Of a stretch of 64,000 nt of DNA, positions 1 to 14,900 are shown one piece after another. The notes under the pieces were generated by a model, which saw only the letters and a program-made list of their open reading frames with translations, made no database searches and was not told the DNA's origin. This DNA comes from Lytechinus pictus (lineage: Eukaryota): the NCBI RefSeq assembly GCF_037042905.1, contig NC_087252.1, forward strand, positions 11,162,001 to 11,226,000. Reading direction: 5' to 3'. Numbering within the stretch: position 1 is the first letter of the stretch; each line of letters starts with the position of its first letter. The translations under genes and the position numbers were made by a program.

Positions 1-56
1 GAATGAATTCTTACTTTTTATAGAAGTAAGTTATATGAAACTGAATTAATTCTTAC

Positions 57-676
57 TTTTTATAGAAGTAAATTTGTTGGCCGCAGCCATCGCCGGCGGG
101 ATTCGCCTTGCATCTCTCTCCATCCTCCTCGCTGTAGATGTTATAGTTAAAGGTCATCGCAGAGGAGAAAGAAATGATGACACCGATGACGACGATGAAG
201 AAAGTCGATGTCCCTTTCACCATGTCACTTACAGAGATGACCAGCTGGCCAAGGTACTCATTGGCAATCAGGTATGACATCATTCTCGAGAATGTGAGCA
301 CCGTGACCACACTGAATATGGCATTGCCGATCAGGGATGGGTCGTTCCATTCCCTGGACAAGAAAGAGGATTCGCAGTGTGGAAGTGCAGTTGGCTGCGT
401 TTCCGATAAGTTCACTTCTCCTGGAGCCATCGGCAAGGCAGTCGATGTCGTGCAGCCGCAACCGAGATCGTCAATGATGTCGCGGATGATGGTGTCAACG
501 ACCTCCTGTGATTGGTCACTGAGGACGATTGACATGTCTTGGAGTTTGAATCTGGTGATGTCTTTGACTTTTACAGTGAAGTCATCAAGGACTTGAATAG
601 CTTCCGGTTCTATGGTTGGTGTTTCGTTGACTGATTGGCGAAGAGATCGTACATACGGATTAGCTATGCATGTCCC
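57..676 (-). CDS. gene A exon 10 (long S3-S4 loop, S4, S5, start of pore loop)
   Basis: 620-nt open frame between CAG acceptor and GTAAG donor; REWNDPSLIGNAIFSV...NEYLGQLVISVSDMVK. Confidence 0.88.
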
Positions 677-2905
677 CTGTGCATCGAGGATAAGAAGATG
701 AGAGGCGTAGCGAATAAATAATAATGATAATAATAAAAAAAATCGATTAATGTTTCACACCTTTACATTTTTTCCCTTCGGGATCTCTCTCTATGTACCC
801 TAATTGCAAAAATCATCCATACACATAAGATATTATATCATCTTTGCTTGCTCGAAAATATAATTTCACTTATTCTACCCAAGAATTTAAACAAAAACAA
901 ATGAACACCTTAACGTAATAACTTAAAGACTTTGTAATACCACACATGTACCAGTATGTACCAGTGCCCCCGTTGAATAGTAGCCATTTTGCCATTGGAC
1001 AGTTGGATGTTGATCTATAGCGTATTTTCTTTTTTCGATAAAATCAAATTTTAAAGATTAAATTGTACTTTCATACCAATTTAATGACATTGCATATTTG
1101 CAATTATGCATCAGATTTTATTCCATCTGTACACATTGTGAACCAACTATATGTATGATTACTTATGAATAAAAATGTGTTTTAGTGAAGAAAAAAAAGA
1201 ATTAGACCGAGTGGGTATAGACCACGTAAAGATTCAACGCACAGTTAGTGGGTACTTTTGTACAGGTATCGTCCGACTGTGCAAACTTACCATTTCTTGA
1301 TAAATACTAACGAATGTCAGTACGAAGTAGGCAAAGAGCAGGACTGAAATCAACGTGTCTCTGAGATGCGTGAAGGATGACGTAATCTTCTTGATCCCCC
1401 ATAGATATGCCAGTTGAACCTCCTTCCAAGCTATCCCTAAAAATCATAATAAATAAAAATAGGTAGTTGTGCATTCTTTTTTAAAATCCAAATACAGTTT
1501 AGGAAATTGCGCTCGCTTTGATATTTGAAGTAGTGAAAAATAACTAAAATAATAAGAAAAACATGAAAAGTTTCCGATGAAGAGAAAATAAAGGACATTA
1601 TGAAATCCTTATAGTACGCTACGTTTTGACTGCCTAAAACAATGAGACGGACAACTGGGTTGAAGATGGGTGTCCACGTTTTCCTCATGAACCATGTTGA
1701 GCAACTCATTTCCCGAATTCTATTCAATGAATTCAATTCAATGGGGCAAGGGGGAGTTTACACAAATCAGACATCAAGATAAGACTGGGATACAGACAGT
1801 GACAAAGTACGTGGTAGTTAGTACACAGTGGGTGATTTCAAGCCCGGCGTTGGCCTTGGTGTTGAAGTTGAAATTTGGATTGCTTTCCCAAGCTCCAAAA
1901 CTTATTCAGAGTTTGTAAACTGATCCAGATCACATTACTGAAATCTCAACAACGAGTAAGTGACTTTTCGGGACCATCTTCATTTAATGTTTGGTGTTAT
2001 AATCGTGTAAAAATTGACCTAACACCAACACCAAAAGGTCAACACTAAACTTGAAATCACCCAATGATCTGATCAGGAATACAGGAACGGTGAAATAATT
2101 ATGTAATTCATATGGGAATGAACTTCTTTAAGAAAATGAGAGGATGTGGATGTGTGAGTGTGCGCGCGTGTGATGTGTATGAGGATGCGTGTGTTATGGG
2201 TGTGTGTTGATGTGTGTGAGGTACAAGGAGGGGAGTGTGTACGAGTGATGTGGGTTGGCGAGTGTGGGTTAAGGTGTGTGAGTTTCTTGGAGTGGATGCG
2301 TGCATGGGGTGCGGGCCGAGGGCTTTGAGGTCCATAGAGGGGCGTGTTTACGTAAATTGGTGTGGGTTAAGGTGTGTTCGACACATGAGGGTGGGTTTGT
2401 GTGGCTAGGTGCGTATGTGTATAGAGGGAGTGTTTGTGTGTGTGTGTGAGGAACAGAGAGGAGCGTGATTGTGTCAATGGTGGTTCACTGAGGCTCATGG
2501 AGCGAATGTGTGAATACGTGTGGGATTCCTTGAAGGGATGGGTGTTTGAAAGCGAGTATGGGTGGGTCTGTGTGTGTCTACAGGTTCGTATCATACTCAC
2601 CAAGCACGAATAATAGGAGAAAGATATGAAGAATATACTGGTTCCGGGTCAAGTAAACGTTGATCAGATGAGACGATGTATCTATGTTCATTAGAATGGA
2701 GAGTAACGTGAAGTCTGCTCCTGCCTGCATAACAAACTTCACGTAGCTAGATACAAGTGGGAAAAAATAAGAAGTTCGCTGATGACATCTTTGACTTATG
2801 AAAAATAAATGAAAAATAAACTAACTGAAAAATAATTCAAGTTTTCCAGTTTCAAGCTATAGTTATTATGTTATTATGATTACCATTGTTATGATTATCA
2901 TTATT

Positions 2906-2937
<32 letters not shown>

Positions 2938-5900
2938 GACTATCAATATTATTACTGTTATTATTATTGTCATCATCATCATCAGCATTATTATTATTAT
3001 TATCATTATTAATATTATTATTGCTATTATTATCATCAATATCGTTATTTTTATTGTAGCATCATTCGCATTTCCCATTGTATGGATGTATAATAATCAA
3101 AAGAACCTACATTTTTCTCTAAATGTATAAAATGTAAACATATCCCAGATAAAAATGATAGCAGGGAGGAAAAAAACAGGAAAAAAAATACCAGAAGGGG
3201 GGATACTTTTGCTATCTGGTCGCTCCTTCCGAAATAATGACCGAGAAATGAAAAAAAAAGAAAATACCTAAGTAAAGAAGGTTCCTGAAAAGCATGCTCA
3301 ACCGAACAAATCAAATATCTTACGGAGTTCTGACGAGCTTGCGAATCTTTTTGGAGACAGAAAGCTTGTAGAGGATGGATACGAATGGGAACGCCAAGAC
3401 AAGACCGATGAAAGCTAGCAGGTTAAAGATGGCTGGTTTATCGCGGAGGTGGGCGAGATGGCGGTAGAACTGCGCCGATACCGATTGCTGGCAGTTTGGA
3501 TGCGCAACAAACTGTGACGTAATATATAAAGCACATGACGTCATAATCAATACAATATATCAGGGGAGCGTTTCATGAGAGGACTTGTAGGACGTTTTAT
3601 CCAACAGGTCCCATTTTATCTGACAGTTACAATAGTGCTTCTCAGCTTATTAAAACCAAGAAAAGTTGTCAGATCTGACAGCCTGTCGGACAAAAGTATT
3701 GATGAAACGCTCACCAGGAACCGGTAACACAGAGCTTATCAATGATCGTATTAGAACATTTTTCTACGATTGATTCCATTAACTACAATGTATAGTCCAT
3801 CGTGAAAAGCAAGCGTACGATTAATCGCTAACCTTTGTGTTACGGGACCCAGGTTGTCTTCAGTTTTAATAAAAGTGTAGCAATCTACAATCAGAGATCA
3901 TCACGTGCTCAATATAATGGATTTTTCACAGGATGAATACAGGTTTCACCCTTGCTGGAAATAACATAGTGTTACAAAATATGTTCAAATTGTTAATAAT
4001 TGAAACACAAAGTGGACTTTGTGAAGAGTCACGTTTTTAAATTGCTCAAATAAAGAAAATGTAAAAATGATTCGACACTATATGCCCTGACACCTCCATA
4101 CTGTGAGGGTCCATAATGCGTTTACAATGTCAAGACGAACCCTGTATCAGATCTATTCAGTTTGTAAAATTTGGAATTTTTTTATTTTGACACAATCTGA
4201 AATCTATATTATCTGCAGATGAGTACTAAAGGTTAGTTCCAAGGATATATTTGCATATTCACATTTTAAAGGAAACCACTATTTATATTTTTTTTCTTTT
4301 AGACATGGTTCATGCAAATGTATTAATTTTCAGTGGTCTCGTAAGCGATCTAGTTGTAGTGAAAAGAATGTAAATATGTACATAGAGATCAATATTAGAT
4401 AGCCAAGACAGATAGCCAAGCGCGATTGGTCCATAGCGCGTCACGTGATATGATCGAAATCAGTGTATTTGCCCAGCCGGTCCACCTTTCATGAATACCA
4501 GCCTTCCATGAATATGTATTTATACGTGTATGGTACCCTCATGTGGATTAGATGTTACCAATTACATGGACATATGGAAAAGTAGTCGCATTTGCTCCCG
4601 AGCAGCGACCGAACGCGCGTACGTGTACAGAAGCTATGGCACTCTAGATACGAAATTATGTTGTAATGGGGCCGAAATGTGAATTGACTCAAAAGTAAAA
4701 TTCCTACGAAGCTCGGTTGAGTGGAAATCTATTTTCTACACCTTTTTTTATGATAATACCAAATTTTAAAGAAATTAGAGATTCAGGCTCCACGGAATTG
4801 CTGTTTATAAAACACATGTTTGAGCTTCTCCCACACCAGATTTGCGTATTATTACACGTAAATTTCCCTGTTTGCACACGCTGTGTCGAGGTGGGACGGT
4901 CTGTCAAAGACTGTATCTCATGAACCAAACATCGTACGAAAGCCGGTTTCCCGCCAATCTGTGCAGAATATATTTCTCTACAATACATGTAAGAATGATG
5001 CTGATTGGTTAAAAATTGTCTACGGAAATGAAGAAAAACTAAGACCCCTTCATTTGTTCACCCAATCAGCCGTCAGTGCGATCTCTGCCCTCATTAGCAT
5101 ACCGGGTCATGACGTATCAAGACGTCTGAGTTTCATCATGGTGGATTTTACATGTAGCGCGGCCTGACATTCTCGGAAAATCAGACAACATTTGAGGTTT
5201 ACTTCGGGTATTTAGCTAAATTGGATTTTGATCTAGTGACATAAGACTGCAAAGAGTCTGAAACTTTCATTTATATGTATTGTTAAGAACAGAACGAGGG
5301 GAATTGTGCTTTTTTCTACAATGTCGGCTCAGGATCGCCCATTCTCATAACTGTACAAAGAGAGGTTGGATAGCACCATTTGTGTCTACGGGGGGATTCC
5401 AGCTTGACAGGACGTTCACATAACAATATGCAGAAACAACATAAACAACTTTTGTATTTACATGTAAATCTGCCCACTATAAAAAAAAACCGAAAGAAAA
5501 TGCCATAAACATCAAGCCTACAGTGTTCTGTATGCATGTAGATTTTACGATAATTTACCCATTTTCCATAATGGACGCGTCCGTATCGTAGTTTCGTAAG
5601 CTGGCGTGCGCATTGGACCAGAGAGCTCATGAATAATTCATGAAGCGGGCGGCGTACGTCGGTGACCCGCGGAACCCGGTCATTTTGAGCAAATGCGAAT
5701 TTCCACAGTCAGACCGCAGGTCCCTATGCTAATGAGCAAAAAGGCCAGATTCATCCAAATCATCTCGTGGCTGAATCCTACTCCTTGCAAAATCTCGTGA
5801 TTCGTGAGATTTTCTTTCTCTAAGAATTTACCTGTTTTAACCTCAAGTTAAATGAAATATTATTGCACCATCAGATAGAGTAAAAGTTACTCTTTCATAT

Positions 5901-8900
5901 TGGTCATTTATTTTGTATACAATATTTTGTTAAATAAGTAAATTTCTGGCCTGAAAATGTGCCTCAAAACTGAATTTTCTTCCTCTGTTTTCTTTTGCAA
6001 ATTGTGCAAAACTTTTTATTTTGAGCCTCAATGATATTTATATCAACATAAAGCTGAACTTCTGTACTTTCTCACAATGCCACTCTTGATATGCAGCACC
6101 TTTTAATCGGGTCAAGATCACACTTTTCCCACCAAGGTACAATACGAGATTTCTGAAATTTTGTACTTGCATGAAATCCAGAGTTCTGATTGGCTGGATA
6201 AGATTCACAGAACAACAGGCGCGGGGTATTTGAGGAGATTACCACATGGGAAGTGTGACCTTCCCACGAACCCAGGCACTGGAACCGTTGGAATTTGCCA
6301 GTGTGCGGTCTCTTTGACCAATCAGAGTGCAGTATTCTTGTTTTCAAGCTGCTTTATGTACTTGGCAAATGAAAAGTGTGATCTTGACCCGATTAAACCA
6401 ATTCTTATTTTGAAACCTATATCATTTTAAAGCATACATATTCAGCTTTATCATGATATAAAAATCATTTGGGCTCAAACACAAATAAAGTGTGAAAATA
6501 GCAGCTTTTGTCAGGTGAAAATATTTATTTTGTAGCATATTCTAGATCAAAATTTTAACCTATATTACAAAATCTATGAATAAATCCAAACACATGACCT
6601 GAAAGAATGATTCTTCTTCTTTACAATGGTACCAAATTCATGAAATTTGATGCACAATTAGAGCAGCAATGACCGAATGAAAAGAGGTGTTTTGGTCCGC
6701 ATCAAGCTCATTAAATATGCAAAACATCTCAAGTCATGAATATCACTTGGATGAAAGAAGCCACTTTCTTGGGACCTGCAGTCTGACTGTCCACCCCAAA
6801 CTTTTCCATATGATAACATATGTGGGCCTAAAGTAGCGATCGTTTGCAATCGACCAACACTCGATATCAACTGGAATCAATCATTTTTCGAAACAGACTG
6901 CGGAATTTAAGTGATTCCGAGTCCGACGACGATATGAGCCTACTACGATTAAGGTTTAACGTTAGATCTAACGTTAGGCCTTCTTCGGTTACTAAATGGA
7001 GCCTAGATATGTGTAGACAGGAACCGTCGTTTCCGAAATTCTTGGAATTTATTTAACAATTTCTGGATATGCATTGGTGAGTGGAGCCAACGAAATTTAT
7101 CCAATACTATATAGAGACCGAAGCTTAGCTTAGTTTTAACTCTTTGGATTTGGTCTAACGTCAAAGATTTGTGTGGTGATGTACTAAAGGTTAGTTCCAA
7201 GGATATATTTGCATATTCACATTTTAAAGGAAACCACTATTTATATATTTTTTTCTTTTAGACATGGTTCATGCAAATGTATTAATTTTCAGTGGTCTCG
7301 TAAGCGATCTAGTTGTAGTGAAAAGAATGTAAATATGTACATAGAGATCAATATTAGATAGCCAAGACAGATAGCCAAGCGCGATTGGTCCATAGCGCGT
7401 CACGTGATATGATAGAAATCAGTGTATTTGCCCAGCCGGTCCACCTTTCATGAATACCAGCCTTCCATGAATATGTATTTATACGTGTATGGCACCCTCA
7501 TGTGGATTAGATGTAACCAATTACATGGCAATAACATATGTGGGACTAAAGTAGCGATCGTTTGCAATCGACCAACACTCGATATCAACTGGAACTAATC
7601 AATTTTCGAAACGGACTGCGGAATTTAAGTGATTCCGAGTCCGACGACGATAGGAGCCTACTACGAGTAAGGTTTAACGTTAGATCTAACGTTAGGCCTT
7701 CTTCGGTTACTAAATGGAGCCTAGATATGTGTAGACAGGAACCGTCGTTTCCGAAATTCTTGGAATTTATTTAACAATTTCTGGATATGCATTGGTGAGT
7801 GGAGCCAACGAAATTTATCCAATACTATATAGAGACCGAAGCTTAGCTTAGTTTTAACTCTTTGGATTTGGTCTAACGTCAAAGATTTGTGTGGTGATGT
7901 CTGATGAGCAACGAGGAATACGATCAGCTGTTGGACGATAAAATTGGGTAAGTAGATTTAGATTTAAGCCAAGCCCTGAGTTAGATTTATAAGTTATGGC
8001 TAAATTTTTAACGTGTTATATCTAAATCTGGGCCAAAGGCTAGAGTCTAAAAGTTTGAGAAAAACGTTAAATCTTGCTAACGACAACGTGAGTTGGTGCT
8101 AACGAAACATTATGTTTGGTTCTGGACCTGGTTCGACAACAGAAAGATCAGGACCACCACCATTTACAGCCGCAACCTAGTCTGACAGAGCTATATAGAT
8201 CTAGTAATGTTTTATCTCATCCGCAAGCTAGATCAGAATCTGTACATGATCATGGACATGGCTCAACATCGATCTGCCTTGGGGTCTACTGGACCGGACT
8301 CTACCTTAGATCTAGGCCCAACGTTAAACATTTGATTTTAATTAGAAAAGGGTCATTCACTGTACCTAACGTTAGAATAACGTTACTTAGATCTATAACA
8401 GTTCCATCAGTCACTGTGGCATATCATTAACAAGTCTTGATCTACTGCATGCATCGTAGACCTAACTTTAGATCTATCTTCAAGGCTCAGGGGCGGAAAT
8501 CTCTCCTAAAAGGTGGGGGGGGGGGAATGGAAAATGTGAGAAGCAAAAAAAAAAAATAATAAAAAGGTTATCACCCCAAATTTGAGGTCATTTCGACAAA
8601 AATAAATTTGACAATGAAAAAAAAAGGGTATCATCCCAAAAGTAAGTTCATCTCGTCCTAAAATACATGTTTTATTTCGATTTTGAATGATGTATTTCTC
8701 ACCATTATAAAAGACCAAAAATAATAGGAGGACATTTGATATTGTGTCCCCATATTATTTTAAGTAGGGGGGACACGTCCCCCCTGTAGCCCCTGGGATT
8801 TCCGCCAATGTCAAGGTTATCTAATAAAACAAATATTGTCTGATGGGGTGTGTAAAAAAGTTATTTGGACCGCTTAAAGGATTTATATTTTCCCTGCGCG

Positions 8901-11900
8901 CTTCGGGAAAATATAACCCCTCGGGGAAAATATAAATATTGCGATCAAAATAATGTTTATATTACACACCCCATCAGTCAATATCTGTATATTGGTATAA
9001 GCGTTGACTGATAATTATTCTCTCACATATATGCTAATTTTTTGTTCTACTTTTTTTGTGTTGTTTTATGTTCTAACTTCAAAATCTAAATTCACAAATT
9101 TGAATCAAATCGTCAAAGTTGTTTATGAAAGGAACATGATTCCCAGGGATACCCATAATTTTTCTTATAACATTTTTCTGCCTGTACATATTGCTTATTA
9201 CTCTATTATATCTTGTTTATTACTTGCTTATTGTTATTATTATTATTAGTAGTAGTATTTGTTATACTTTCTTGTTATCAGGGCCATTTGTAAGACCACC
9301 AATTTGGTTATATGTGACAACCTGTATAAATATCAGAAATAAATAGCAATGTGAATATGATTACACATTGAGTTTTGCCCGATGGACACACCGAGTATTA
9401 CTGTGATGTTTACTACAGGTCAGGGGGAAAATCAGCAAAAATGTTGAGTGTCTAATTTGAATTAAAACAAAAATCTCTACAGTGGAGCGATTTTCCTGGG
9501 CCCTCAGTCGCTACTCAAATTTCGAGATTTATTTATTATGATTGCCCATGTCTTACAAGACTTTCATGTCATAGACCAGTATATAATTAATTATCAGTAT
9601 TTTATGCTGGAAAGAATAGTGTGCATTCACAGTTTACAAACTGTGATCCCATTTAAAACAAAACTTTAGCAATAAAATTATTTTAAAAGTGATGGAAAAT
9701 CTATTTGCTAACTTATCAATTATCAAAATTTAAAACAAGATGTAACTCATTGTCTGCTCTGTATCCATCGAACTCTAACTCTAGATAGCTTACCTTTCTC
9801 TGTTCATACTGAATAGCTTGTGTAACCTTCGGGAGTGTACCAATATGGCGCTGATTAACAGCGCCCCCATTCGATGTACCAGACCTAGTCGTTTCTTGGA
9901 ATGTAAGGACTGTTGTGATCTGTGTAAACCAACATGTCATAAAAATCTCTCTAGTTGAATATGTGTGTGTATTGGTTTCAAGGGGGGGGGGGGGGTTCTA
10001 AAATTATTAACTTCATTAATTATCCAAATTTGTTTAAAAATCAACAAATATGCAAACTCTCATCTTGTCTCCTGTATTTGATATGAACTTGGAAAGGACT
10101 GGTTCAGAAAACTACTCAACCCAGCTTTTCGTTAACCCCCCCCCCCCTTTTGCTCAAAAGTGTTTTATGATTTGACTCCCTTTTTTTTCCTTTCTCCACC
10201 AACCCTTTCGAGAAAAGGCCCCGACCAGTTAATTGTCTGGAAAGGGTGCCGATACCCCAATCCACTCCCGCTTCGTGAACTCAAACTGTCGTTAGAAGCT
10301 CTGTCTTCTCATCGTACCAGCTAATTTGGCATGTTTCTCCCTCCCATGAAAAGGAATGCTTGTCACCACCCTATTTTTCTTTCTTTTAAATTTTTACCAT
10401 AGTTCACAACAGATCGTCGATTAGTTTCGAAATTATTTAGAATTCAACAACTATTGATTCCCCCATGTTGACATTCGTGATATCCCAATCAATGATTTGT
10501 TGCTGGCGGCTTTTTAATAGCACTTAATAAATAAGTACCCCATGATATCAAACTGATGTCAAATATTGGTGTTGACCCAAACGAAAATTGAGGTCAGTTA
10601 CGTAACACTCTCCTGCCTACATGGTCCAAGCATGATAATATCATGTCCTTTGGGAAATTCAAGATGACAGACGATAAAATAGGAGGTATTAATTTTCAAT
10701 TAAGTGGGCAATTATCGTACAACTCTGTTCATGTATATCACGTGTGCTAGTATATTTATGTATTTCATATTTATCATATAATTTACACATATTGGTATTA
10801 CTTCCTTTTTAATTTCATCAATTTTTGTTACGAAATTCAAAATATAATTTCTTAGGAGTGGCCAATGGTTAAACAAAAGATACTTAAAATACTATAATGA
10901 CCAGGCATAATGTCATTGTTTAAGAGTCGTCTATGCGATAACTTTGCTACCTTCCTTCATTTGATTATAAAGAGGCAACTGAAAATGAAGAATACAATTG
11001 ATAAAATTACCTCCTCAGAATCTCTGGCATATGAAACGAGTTCGGCAGCCAACTTCTCCATTCTATCGGCAAGTTCTAGATATCGAACTTTGAATTCCAC
11101 CTGATAAAAATGAATGTATCATATCAGAGTATGTTTAACAAGAATCGTAAGAGTTTAATGAGTAAATGCAAAATAAAATCACCATTCATATCCAGCATCG
11201 TGTTATTTCTCATTATAATCATCGAAATTCGTAAACATTACCATGATTTTGATAACAGCATCACCGGTAGCTTTTTTCCTCCTTCATCGTCATCACCACC
11301 CTCATCAGCTTCCTTCTTCCTCATCATCCATGTCATCATTCTTATCATCATCACCATCATAATCATCATCATTATCATCATAATCATCATGATCATAATC
11401 ATCATCATCATCATAAATTATACGATGTAAATTTCACTCAATTCAGCTTTGGGCTGCCATGTCATGTGATTTCTGATAAATACCTCTTCAAATTCAAATT
11501 CAAAGAGCGACTTTAAGAATGGCTGATGAACGCATCTTGCGCGCTGAACCATCGTCAATGAACATTTAGGCATATTTACGTGAATAATATTTACCACAAG
11601 AAATGATCTACAGTCGTTCTTAAAGTCGCTTTTTATGTTACGAAAAAGTTTATGAAACCCCCACCATAGGATTCAATTCAATTTATCTTATTTTCATTTT
11701 CAGATAATGAAAATAACAACAAACATATACATACATAATATATTAAGCAGAATAAAACGTCATAATATATGAAAAAAAATATACAAGTGATCGGTAAATA
11801 AGAAAGTCGAAGTTTCAAAACACATTTCGATAATTAAATAATCTAAAATTACAGGTCATAGTTAACACATGAAAATGAAAATGAGGGACCTGTTAAAAAG

Positions 11901-14900
11901 CAAAGCTTGTATTGGGAATCCCCTCTGGAACTAAATTGTGATTTAAACCATGGCAAATTAAAATTATGGTAGGGTAAACATGATCAAATATAACGGAGAG
12001 CATAAAGGGTTTTTGATAACATAGGCGATCGGTTACCTCCAGAAGTGCTATCCGTTTCATAGTCCCACAAAGTGTAAACGCTCTGTCGATCGGATCGGTG
12101 CTTGCTAGGCATACGTAAGCCTCGCTTGCCAAACCCCCGTAGACCTCAAGGGTTCCCACGGACCGCTGGAGATCATCAACTGCCATCTCCGTGAAGGCAT
12201 CATCTTGTAGCTCTGGGATCAAGAGATCCGCTTCCAACAGCATCTACGAAAAGAAAGTGTTTATATATTATGTTGACCAATATCAGTCTTGGTATCAATA
12301 ACAAAAAGAAACAAGCAAATCCTTACATAATTTTCATTTTAATTTTCGCTCTTGTCATTTTTAAACATTCTTCCTTTCACTCAACAGTTGAACACGACGT
12401 TCAGTATGACTTTATCATTTATTATCCAAATTTATCAATTTGACATTTCTTATATTCGCTGTTATCATTAGATAACAATCCAATACCTTCATCATCTTTT
12501 GGCTGGTAAAAGAATCAGCATTATCATAACCATCCATTAGGCATTGCCATGATCATCAACATCGTCGTCGTAATCACTATCGAAATCTTCACCATCCACT
12601 TCATCATCTCTTTATCAAACATGTCGATGATCATTATCGTTATCTCAAAAATCATTTGCTCATACGACAATTTCTATGAGCTTAATTTCATATAAGAATA
12701 TCTTAGACTAAGGTGTAGGGTTATGGACAGGGTGGGGGTTGTAATATTTTTTAATGTTACGTTTAGGGTAGGGTATAGTGTTAAACTAAAGGTTGAAGTT
12801 GGGCATTCGATTAGTGTGTCGAATTTAGAGCGGATCAATTGTCGCCGGAGGAAATGTCATATGGAACCACATTGTCATCATGATCATGATCATCATCATC
12901 ATCATCATTATCACCATTATCATCATCACCATCATCATCATCACCATCATCATTATCATCATCACCATCATCATCATCATCATTATCATCATCATCATCA
13001 TCACCATCATCATTATCATCATCATCACCATCATTATCATCATCATCATCATTATCATCATCATCATCATCATTATGATCATTATCATCATCATCATCAT
13101 CATCCTGGATTAGGCCTACCTTCACGATTGCGAAGCTATTGAGCTGTGCCGCCCTAATAATTGGTGTCACATCTGGGTGAATATCGCTTGATTCGCATCT
13201 GCAATTGATTATTGCCATCCGCCCACTCTCATCCTAGTTCAAAAAGGTAAAATATTATTGATAATGGTAGTATTCTGTTTTCATAATCGCACTTTATAAT
13301 GTCTTAACAATATCTTAAGCGCTTTAAAGATGTATTACTACCCCGTGTTTTCCTTCAGCAAGAAACACCCACATTGTGCTGCACTCAACACACGTGAGGT
13401 GTATGGGTACCCGGCAAGTAGGAAGGAATTTCTCGAATTATCGAGCACCCGACTAAAGGTAGCTGTGCTAAGGCATGGGTAATGATAGCAATATCATGTT
13501 AAGCAGGGCCGCTGGTAGAACAGTTTTCGGAAATGAAGTGGCTACCCTGGTTAACATATGAAGTTATTTTTACTATCATTAATGTCATCATTATTATTAT
13601 TATCATTATTATCATCATTATTATTATTATCATTATTATCATCATTATTATTATTATCATTATTATTATCATTATAATTATTATTATCATTGTTATTATA
13701 ATAATTATTATTAGTAGTAATAGTAATAGTTGTGGTAGTACACTGTAAAAAAAATTAGTTGAAATTACTCAATGAAATTGTGGCAGAAAATTGCCTAAAT
13801 TTTTTCAAGTATTTATGAGTTTGGCAGTTTTAAGTAAAATTTATCTATTTTCTTTGCATCCATTTTACTCAAGAAAATTAAGTTACAATAACTTAATTCA
13901 ATTAAGTAAAGCAATCACTAAAATATTTGAAAAAAAATCAAATGGGGGAAGTGGACTTTCGTGATTCGAAAGTCCGCCCCCCAACGTCCCACTTTTAGTA
14001 GCATCATTTTCATCTTAGACATCTTTTATTCAAATATTAGACGTTGTGCATTGTCACTTACCTGTACATTTATAGGTACTGACATTGATATTTATACGCG
14101 ATCGTTTCATTCTTACAAATAAAACAGTGAGAATAATATAAGCATTTTCCGAAAACCTAAAAATAAATCTGAAATTTTCCGCTAAATGACTATTTAATGT
14201 TGCTCTTTCTTTGATTCCACAAAAGAATAAAATAGTTAGCACACCCTTATCCAAAACAATTTCAAACACAAATAGATATGATAGTTATTAAAAAAAAACA
14301 TTTACTTGCTCTAATGAATATTCATGCATTATTTAAATAAGGCGTTAATTGAAAAATATAAGTACATTCAACATGATTTTATAAGTAATAATCATCATTG
14401 CCTAATTGAGTTAGATATACTCAATCGAAGCAAGCTAGCAATACGTGAATTTCCTTAAATGTGTATTGAACCCAAATAAATCAAGTAAATCAAGTGAATT
14501 AAAAGATAAGTTAAAACTACCTTAAAAAAACGAAAATAATTACAAATTATTAATTCTACTTATATACATTAAGTGTTAACTACTGATTCAGATTTTTTTT
14601 ACAGCGTAGTAGTAGGGAGAGAGGAAGAGGAAGGGGGGGGGTGGAGTGAGATAAAAGAGGATGAGAGAAAGGGAGGTCTTGGTAAGGAAAAGGAGAAAGA
14701 TGTCAATAGCTGACCTTTTCATCAGCGAATTGTAATAGGACTCGCACGGCCTCGTGGAAGTCGGCATCGACCGCTCTCAACATGGCGTCACCAATATGTA
14801 CGTTCGCCTCCAACAAAGGATACATCACAGCTTCAATGAAGATACAAAACAACAATAACCAATTAATATCGATGGTACGAAGCTGGCTGTGGCAGATCCA

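Noticed and set aside
6844..7774. Duplicated 70-aa ORFs
   Set aside because: Non-ATG starts, no recognisable domain; a by-product of the tandem duplication.
12723..13218. Poly-His, poly-Asp, poly-Ile and poly-Met ORFs (also 2866-3130, 11110-11430, 13499-13748)
   Set aside because: Translations of (CAT/ATT)n microsatellites; the real exon ends at the GT donor at 13119.
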